A stretch of 64,000 bases of DNA from the NCBI GenBank assembly GCA_030141605.1, contig JAQGDQ010000058.1, positions 219,852 through 283,851 of the forward strand, written 5' to 3'. The stretch comes from Tubiluchus corallicola (lineage: Eukaryota > Animalia > Priapulida). The number at the start of each line of letters is the position of its first letter. Position 1 is the stretch's first letter. Positions 54,826 through 64,000 of this stretch are shown here, in pieces. The notes beneath the pieces were generated by a model. It was not told the origin of the DNA, searched no databases, and saw nothing but the letters and a program-made list of their open reading frames with translations. The position numbers and the translations under genes are program-made.

Positions 54826-54891
54826 CAAACAGCTACGTATAGTTCAAAATACATGTAACAGGAATTATTAACAATATAGGTTCTATATGTC

Positions 54892-56346
54892 CTATCCGCC
54901 ACGTTTGTGCCTATGGCGCGCACCGAAATAACTGTAATAGGTTAATAAAACGGAGTAAGTAATTATCCCTAGCACAATGCTTATGTATGCCATTCGTTTT
55001 GCCGTTGCTGCAGCCGTTTCTGCACCAGATATGTCTCCAGCTCTCTTCATAGCATAAGCCTGTCAATTAAATGAAATAATTGTTATGCTGATATGAATAA
55101 CAGTAATGTTTTAATAACCACGATCATTAATGATTATTGACTGTAATCCAAAAAACGGATGCTAATGTTTATTGAAAATAGCAACACAAAAGCATGAAAA
55201 TTTCGCATTTGTAATAGATGGTCAAACCTGCACAGTTAATAGCCACCTCGTAATATTGATAATTGAAGTATGCATCGTATCAAATACACAAAATTTCATG
55301 TTTTACCTGCGATGCATGGTAAAGGGCGTACGCCCCGACTGGCCAGCAACAGAACGTACAGGATATCAGGGACAAAATAATGTTGCTGTCAAATGCAGTT
55401 CTACCTCCTAGCAACGATTCTGTCTCTACAATGTAAGTGATGTCTCTTTCAGGACTACTAAGTGCACTTGGTTTAGAATGCGATCCTTGCATTTCCCACA
55501 TTGGAACTGATTCCTATAACAGATGAACTGTTGTAAGTCATATGTTAGTACCCCTGTGCGCCACTTTGTGATGATAATTGCGCGGGCTAACTATCCATTC
55601 AAATGACAAAGCATTAATAATTAGATTATCTGTGCAGAATTTTTACTTATGCATAAAATAAACCAAAAATCGTGTGAAACTGAAACTATTGCATCTCTTA
55701 CAGTCATTCGTACAATTATACATGTATGTGTAATCATATCAATGTGTTCATCATATTTATTTATTTATTTATTATTATTTATTTATTAAATATATCCACA
55801 ATGATCATTACAGCATTGTACATAAAAGTATTTAATAATATATTTATTATTATGTGTTCAAGACGTATCAAGAATATATCAAGGTGTAGGACCTGTTATC
55901 GTCTTTAGTACAACCATGAGTGCAACAGAAAAGGTGTTTAATCAAAGCTCATGCAGAAATGTGAATAAAAATAACATTGTGCAAAAAGTCTACGAATGCA
56001 ACTCTTGAGTATTGTTGCCAAATAATATATGCATATTCGGGCAGACAAACCATGTATCCATGTATCCAGCCAGCAGCCATTAGGAGTTAAATGTACCATG
56101 CAAATTATCCGCATTGATATCTGCGTACTGTGCCAATGATGTATACTATTAATACCGCATATGACGGTGGAGGATATGACAGTGTTTTTGTCTCCACGGC
56201 TTGTTGAGAAATTGGAGGGGCTGTTGGAATAGTTTTCGGTGTCCGCAAGTCTGATGATGATCGCCTTCCACTGGTGTTAACACAGCTGCGGCAACACCAC
56301 TTGGTTTTTGATTTTCACTCACGTTTCGATGTGTTGCTACTTCCAT
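54892..56346 (-). pseudogene. CD225/dispanin paralog B, frameshifted in its first coding exon (pseudogene, N-truncated gene or assembly error)
   Basis: Exon 56156-56346 is 191 nt: it starts homologous to A (MEV..LTPVEGD) but PKTIPTAPP...SYPPPSYA is in another frame. Exons 55307-55513 (…FDSNIILSLISCTFCCWPVGAYALYHASQ) and 54892-55059 (AYAMKRAGDISGAETAAATAKRMAYISIVLGIITYSVLLTYYSYFGARHRHKRGG*) are intact. Confidence 0.8.
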
Positions 56347-57697
56347 TACTTTTTAACTACAAACTGTTAGTCAAAGTATCGCATAGTTCTGCTCTAAATC
56401 TGAAAAGCAAATTATTATAGCTTTCTGAAAGCAGTGTTTCTTAGGAAATACAGTTGTATTTTACGGATACGACGAATTTTTGCGGAATTAACTGCTCTTG
56501 ATACTGTTAATTTCAGTTATTTTTCTTTCTCGATTACCTTTCATTTCACTGAAGTCATGACAACACGAACTTACAAAATGAATGACTACACAACCTGAAA
56601 TGTCCAAAGTTTTTGGCTTACTTGTGATTTTCATACATCTTCAAATAAAGCATTGTAAATTAAACTTTATTCTTTTTAAATCCAAAATACATTACACTAG
56701 GAATAACACTGCAGTCTGTCTCCCTGGAGATAATATTAGCTGTTTTAATAACGTGGTTGCTAGGCTTAACATTTTCTGTTTATCGTCAGCATATTGCTTG
56801 CTTGAAAAGATTCAAACATAGTTCGTGCAAGAATAAATGACTGAATACGTTAACTGAATTTTCTTCTCAGTTATTTGAAGTTACTCAGTTTCCTCTCATC
56901 AACTCTTATCAACTCTTTATATACTCAGTATCCACAATCCACATTAATTTTAGTTTGTTCAACATAGCGTCTTCTTGCCACACCTGCGATAATGGCTGGC
57001 AAGTGCCCTGTTATAGTTGTACTAAATTCTTGTCGATGAAACACATAAAGTCTAAACACAAATCTGACAAGCGTGACGTTCTTCATTGCACAGTTATAGT
57101 ACTCTTGACCTTTAAACTTCGAAGAAGAAATTATTATAACTTATAATGTCTAAAGATTCTGGCTTGTTTGTAAATTTTTCATCATTTTCAAACAAAGTGA
57201 GGAAACCAAACATTGTTTTTAAATATAAAACAAAAGGTTTCACATCAGAAACAACATAAAACTTGATGATACTACAAATTGTCACCGTGAAGACAGTAAC
57301 AATATCTACTTTGTAATCAACAAATTTTCCAGGACAATCTTTTAAAGTTAACCGACTTTTTAATAGCTAACAGAGACCTAGAAAGACAGCAGCACATATG
57401 TTACGATCGTCTTTCTAACTGGTTACCACCAAAAAAGAGAGTGTTTTCTTACCTTTATTTCTCAGTGAAAGTATGACTTGCAGAAGAGAACTGCTAACAC
57501 ACATAAGAACATAACGCTTCAAATGATAACATGCGCCACTCATTAAAATCTGACACTAAAGTAGCAGGAAAACAGCAAAATCAAAAGAATATCAGGAAAC
57601 ATATACATAGTTATTACAATTTTTTATTTTCTGTAAATTTTTTCAAAAAGTTGTAGGAGCATTAACCTAGGCCAGCATATCATAAGACAAATGTCGC

Positions 57698-59712
57698 TTA
57701 GCCTATTATCAATATTCTGCCCCTAGTAGATGTATGATCAACGTTCTTATTCGCATAATAACTGTACAGTATAATTAGTGTTAAATACGTAAACATTCCT
57801 AATACAATGCTGGCATTTGCCACACGTCTTGCGGCCTTTGCGGCTGCTTCTGCACCAATCACATCTCCAGTTCTTAACATCTCAGAAGCCTGTAAAAGAA
57901 ATTTAATTATAAGCGAAATATCTCATACTTGTAATATGGTAGGAACACTAGTTATGCTGACAAATGTAAATAACTGTTCACGTTGTAATTTGAGGCTCCA
58001 GTTATGACATTTGTTAACAAAAAATTCCAGCTGATTTACAAAACACAGTATTACAGGGGTATGCATATGACGTAAATACAACTCATCACATTCACCCAAG
58101 TGTCACTTAATCTGACCGCACTGCAAGCCGGACAAGTGTCATTTAAGCCTGATACAATTATCTCCAGTCTCCAGCACCTCGAAGTTCAAAATTCTCATAT
58201 GATTTTCGAATAGTATGTACTAGTCTTAAAAATGACTAGTTTTAAAAATTTTATAAGAAAAGTATAATGAACTTTGAACTGAAATTTTACGACTATGTTG
58301 GCGGAGTGATTGTTATTATTAGTCATTTCTTCTCCCAAAACGGGAAAAAATCGAGTCTTCCAAAACCGTAAGAACTTTAGGCACTGTTTAGGTTTCTGCT
58401 ACTGTGCTCTTTAGTAACTGATGTATCACCCCATCACAAAATTTATCAGTTGGCTATTTGAATGTACAAGATAAGCACTATTGCTCGTTCGTCAATGTGA
58501 ACTTATATATTACTGAAATAAACAATTTTCTTTTTGAAAAATCCGTTGTTTGTTTCGAATAAGGCGAGAATGCTAAGTCAGTGAATATACTAGTATGTGC
58601 ACATAGTTATTAACAATATTTCGACGAACATAGACTTTTCAAATGCTAATGGCTGAAGATTATGTTGTATTTTCTTACCTTCGATGCAAGATAAAGAGCA
58701 TATATCCCAACAGGGCAACAGCAAAACATACAGGAGATTAGGGACAAAACAAGGAAGCTATCAAATTCATCACTGCTGAGATCTGGAGGTGACTCAGTCA
58801 CTATAACATAAGCCTCAGACGGACCTCGAGGTGCCTGCCAGATGGGTTGCGTCCTGATTGATTCCTGCCACAATAAACAATTACTTCGTGTACAACTATA
58901 TATATATATATATAACAGCAGCATATTGTGAAATGAAAGGATGTGCCGTGTCTAATGTGCCTTTTCTTATATGGACGATTTATAAAAAAACGCTGTCCAA
59001 GAAAACTGATATTGTATGTCGCCTTCGTAATAGTGTCATTGGTCACCTGCAAGCTATGTGCTGCTTCTTTTGCTTGCGTATAAATTAGCTGTCAGCTAAG
59101 GAACATCCTCAGGGTACTGTATAAACAATTAGCAAAGATCATGTTTTAGACAATTCGTTCAGTCACGGAAAATCAAACATAGTCGATTCCTCACCCTTCA
59201 GGTTTTTTTCATAGCCATCAATTTCATCAACTTTACTTATATTAATTTACTTATACAACTGGGTAATAAAGCAAATTAGTTATCGAAAACAATAACGGTT
59301 GAGGTTTCCTGACAGTCTATTTGCCACTATTGTGATATTACATGTAAAAACATCTAAACATGAAGGTTGAGTAGGGCCGATTTTTAAAATGAATTTCCAA
59401 AGTGGTCAATTTTTTTTATCTTTTTCGAATTGTAAAAGTGATTTAACGGAACTGTTTTGCAAAATCTACCTAATCACCTATCTTTTTCGTTAATGTGTTT
59501 TACCATCTTACCTCATAAGATGGTGGAGGAGATGACGATCTAACAAGAGAAACGGAAACTTCAGATGTTTCTGGAATAACAGTTGCTGGTGATCTGCTCT
59601 GTCGCGTGTCATTTTCTAGTGGCGTCAGTAAGATCTGAGCTTCTACAGAAGGAATATCAGCATGTTCCGGGACACCTTGCCCATCGTTATTCCCCTGGGT
59701 GGCTGTTTCCAT
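57698..59712 (-). CDS. CD225/dispanin family membrane protein, paralog C (192 aa)
   Basis: Phase-0 exons 59512-59712 (...SSSPPPSYE), 58679-58864 (...DEFDSFLVLSLISCMFCCCPVGIYALYLASK) and 57698-57889 (ASEMLRTGDVIGAEAAAKAARRVANASIVLGMFTYLTLIILYSYYANKNVDHTSTRGRILIIG*). Confidence 0.92.
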
Positions 59713-60929
59713 TTTGCCCCAATGCCCAGCAAATACCTGTCATAATGTTAGCAATGGAAAACCTGTTCCTTTTAGGACTCTTTAGAAAAACTGGAAAGAA
59801 TTCAACTCAGATGAATTGATGAAGTAGAACCCGCAACCTGAGTAAATATTTCTGAAAATAAAACAATCTTGAATCTTGAATATTTAAAAAAAGGTTCTTT
59901 ACATTTTTGTATCCTTAACAAAAGTTAATTTTCAGGACTGATAACGGGAAAACCACGAAAAATTAAATTGTAATTTTGAAAGAGTAATTTAAACTGTCTT
60001 GACTTCTTTGGAGAAAATGACAAAATTAACTTTGCACGCAAATCTTGAGAAATTCGTGTCTAGCAAGAACTGCTTCTAATATGACAGGAACGTCAGTAAA
60101 GCATTCACCAATAGGGCCACGTTGCCTACAACTTGAGCAAACGCCCTACTTTTGTGGAACAGTGGGATGGGTTCTAAAATGCTTTGTTGCGTGACGTGTC
60201 AACCTAAGTTTGTTTTAAATTTTCCAACAGGCCTATTTGACTAGAAGTTCCATTTATTTGCTATTAATTGTTCGTTTTACTTGGTGATGTCACATTCTAA
60301 CAAGCTATCAAGATATTTACATTTTTTCCACGAATCGTTACTTCTTGCCTGAATGTGGTATTGTTCTGTCTTCGTATTGTTCACTTTAAGATTCTATTTT
60401 TCTAAACAGTGGCTAATAGTACATTTTATATCTTGCAGTTTCTCCAGGGACAAAAAACCTAGAGAGTCAGTTATTAACATATATAGATAATCTGCAAAAG
60501 GATTTAACAAATACAACTTTGAATCTGAGAGGCAATCATCATGGGCGATACCGTAAGACAGGGGTACCTGGTATCAACAGGTGGAGCGTGTCGTGTTTTA
60601 GAACGTGCAAGCACATAAAAGGGCCACGATTCAATCTGCGTTGGATACCAGTGTTAAATACTGGTACTCAGCGCACTGTTAGTTCGAAGAATACTTATTG
60701 GAAATAATTTTCAGACCAAGTCAATTACATGCCTTGATAGTCGTCCGTAGAAAAAGGACAGAATAGAAAACACATTTTGGAAACACTAATCTATGGCGGC
60801 ATTTATAACAACTAAATTGACCTTTGTTGGTACGGCGTCACCGTAATACTGAATCACCATGGAGATTTGCTGTCACATTTTTGTTTACGAATAATGGCAG
60901 GAACATTTCGCACGATTAATTTTAAATAC

Positions 60930-61088
<159 letters not shown>

Positions 61089-61463
61089 TTGCACCTTTTC
61101 CCTTGTTGCTAACATTAACAATCAGCATATATGATGCGAAAATGCTAATACATGCTAATCGGGCTGTCATTACACAGCATAGTCCGGGATTGTGCCAAAT
61201 GCAATTGCAAAACATACGAGATCATGATTGAAGCGCTAGACAAGCCTACGTTTGGTCATCAAGATGATACAATTGATTTTTCTCATTATTATAGTTGCTA
61301 ATTTTATATTTTATTTTAATAAAAAAATATATGGGTCTATATATTAGATCCTATATATATATACAGCGATTAAAACCATTTAAGAGTCTTGGGCACTGTA
61401 ACAATAATTAACGGTTCCATACGTATTGTGGACAGATCACATTTTTTAGATAAATCATGATCA

Positions 61464-63035
61464 CTAGTTAAACAACTGGTATATAATCATGATCGTTGAA
61501 AATGATATAAGGCCAAATATCATGCTAATATATGCCATTTTCTTTGCATTGGCAGCAGCTGCTTCAGCTCCAGCCACGTTTCCAGCCCTCTGCAAATCCG
61601 TTGCCTGTTAAATAAACAAAATTTTATTATTATGGACTGTATGTCATATAGTGCACACACGTCATATAGTCTTATATCCTTATTTTGAAGTCTAAGCAAG
61701 ACACTCTGCAGTGTGTTTTCATCCACAATACCATACCAATGCATAAAAAATTGTACATATAAATAGCATAATCATAAAATAGACATTACAATACGTCACA
61801 CCATCCATATTATATTAATGTACAGCAAATTCTTGAAGATCCTACCTGTAATGCGTGATATACTGCAAATGTTCCTATGGGGCAACAACAAAACAGACAT
61901 GACAGTACTGACAGTACCATGTAGTTATCCAAGAATTCGCTATCGTGTGACGTGTCTGACATTACGACGTATCTTACTTGCCCTTCGGGAGGAGATGAGT
62001 CGTAATTTTTCCACACGGGTTGAGAGTGCAGCGATTCCTACAAATATCATGCATTATTAATTATTACAATTGTGTATCGTAAAAGTAATACTCGTGTAGA
62101 CAAGTTGTAGATACCAATAGGGAATTCAGTATTAACGATGGACTTGACCTATGTAGGTTCAACTTAACAATATCCTCAAGAGTTGGCTGTAGTGTGGCTT
62201 ATATTAGATGTGGCCGTTTAGTTATTCATTCCTAGCTTTGAGTTCACGAAAACTTAAACTGTTTGTTTCATGTCTAACTGAGAAATAACTTGCCTGAACT
62301 AAATTATAGCACGCAAGTCATCGTCTAAATTATTTTTCAAGTTTGTCGCGTGGATGGAGCTTTGCTAAACACGCTTGCCAAGTTTGTGCAGCGATGACAC
62401 GTACGATATATCCCCTAAATGTGGATGTTATAGCTAAGCTGTACCCAGAGAGGGTAGTTCGTGAACACTTATTTACTGAGACAGGATCTGCTGAACTGAA
62501 CTTATCACATGGATTTTTATGAGGTGAGTACAGTATGTTGTGAAGTGATAACTTCACTCACTTCTAGAGTTATCATCACTACAAAGTATATGTACAAGAC
62601 CTAAGTTTTTTAACAACAATAAAAAAAGAAACAAAAGTAGATGACTGATACCGCATAAGATGGGGGTGGAGACGACCTTGCAGTCACTTCTGGAGTGTTA
62701 AAAAGTGATGGAAAAGGTCCTTGTTGTGAGGTAACCAGCACTTGACCATTTGTAGGATTCTCGCTTTGTTGTGCAATATCCTCGGGAATACCGTTACATC
62801 GTGGAGCGTCCACTGGAATATTGTTTTGTTGTTGAACATCTGTAGGAATGCCACCTTGTTGAAGAGCATTTGGAGAAGGGTCACCTTGCTGTGAGGCAAC
62901 CGCTGATGATTCCGCTTGACAGCCATCATTTGCAGAATGATCTGACTGCTGCATTCTCTCAATAGCTTTTATCAAACATACAGACAAAGCAAGTTTTGTA
63001 ATACTACGTCTGATCCTTTTTTTACTACTATTCAT
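61464..63035 (-). CDS. CD225/dispanin family membrane protein, paralog D (211 aa from ATG 62954 or 238 aa from ATG 63035)
   Basis: Phase-0 exons 62652-63035 (...SSPPPSYA), 61846-62037 (...EFLDNYMVLSVLSCLFCCCPIGTFAVYHALQ) and 61464-61604 (ATDLQRAGNVAGAEAAAANAKKMAYISMIFGLISFSTIMIIYQLFN*). Confidence 0.9.
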
Positions 63036-63675
63036 CCTACATAAACAATCGGCATTTTAAGGAAGCGCCACAGAACGTCTTTGCTGAACAATCCACGAGA
63101 AACTAGCATTGGTTGCTTGTTTGCCTTGGAAAGTGGCAATCGGTCGTCTTAGTTTGCGAAATTCACTTCTGCGCATGTAGCAAATGAAAAAAGCCTCGTC
63201 ATAATTCTAACAAGCAGACTATAAGGCAGTTATGAAAATTAGGCAATCCAAAACCTTCCAGGACCAACTGTGGGACTCACCCATAAGTACAAATCTGCTC
63301 AAATGCTTCCCTTTACACCATTCTGACCGCAAGTCTCTTGCTTGAGTGCCAAGCATACATTCTAAAAACGTTCTTTGTGCCCAGAAGGCCTACAAATCTA
63401 ACGATTGTGAGACGGTTTTTCTCAAATTTTCAGCATTCTAGAAACACCCGCAAAAAAGAAAAGGAAATAATAATCCAAAAATTAATCGTGCATTATGTTC
63501 CAAGACCTGATTTTGTTGCACCCGGAACCACGGTTTCATTCGATGTGGCGTCTTTGCTACATTTCGGTTGCTACTTATATGTTATATAATGAATAAGAAC
63601 CAACTCTATTGATAAAAGGACATTGCATCATTATTTGCGCTTACTTGTACTGAAGTTATTATTCGGGGTATCCAC

Positions 63676-63870
63676 CCATTTCGCCAGTTGACATCTCGCC
63701 TGTGTAAAAGCTCGTACAGTTTGCCAGCGGTGCAGTTCACCTGTCGTACACTTCGCCAGTGCACCCTTCACCAATAGGACATCTCGCCGGCAAACATTTT
63801 CTGCTATGTTCTTTAAAAAAAGGCAATTTGCCAATACACACTTCACGAATACAGTACATTTCGCCTATGT
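63676..63870. repeat. Degenerate ~15-bp periodic array (core CAxTTCGCC), probable arm of a non-autonomous DNA element
   Basis: ccatttcgccagttg acatctcgcctgtgt ... cagttcacctgtcgt acacttcgccagtgc acccttcaccaatagg acatctcgccggcaa ... acatttcgcc. Confidence 0.6.
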
Positions 63871-64000
63871 TTCCAACTATATCATTACCTTAACCTTTAA
63901 CAAATCGCATCAGGTCGCCGGGGAAAAATTTCTGCTGCATTCGAATATCATTTACCTTTCTATTTAACAAATTGTTTCATTTCACAAGTTGTACATTTCG

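Noticed and set aside
56230-56265. Programmed ribosomal frameshift rescuing paralog B
   Set aside because: No X XXY YYZ slippery heptamer or evident downstream structure; a simple indel is more parsimonious

Overview
AT-rich, intron-containing animal (invertebrate) genomic DNA. Almost all long six-frame ORFs are spurious, and the real genes appear only when exons are joined across GT-AG introns; all recognisable genes are on the minus strand. From left to right: (1) the 5' part of a low-complexity acidic then Thr/Lys-rich protein gene that runs off the left edge, with candidate symmetric cassette exons; (2) a complete 10-coding-exon tropomodulin gene (433 aa) whose last intron holds a stop-containing 19-nt microexon and a second acceptor, predicting three alternative C-termini; (3) an intact-looking U1 snRNA gene; (4) a tandem array of four CD225/dispanin (IFITM/PRRT-like) paralogs, each with an N-terminal PPSY motif, a Cys-rich intramembrane helix and a GxxxG motif. 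One paralog is frameshifted in its first coding exon and another has an apparent 1-nt insertion that truncates its tail. Interspersed are degraded CR1/L2/RTE LINE ends, MITE-like elements with ~15-bp periodic arms, tRNA/5S-like SINE fragments, an 87-bp minisatellite and microsatellites. All gene models were spliced by eye and have no transcript support.
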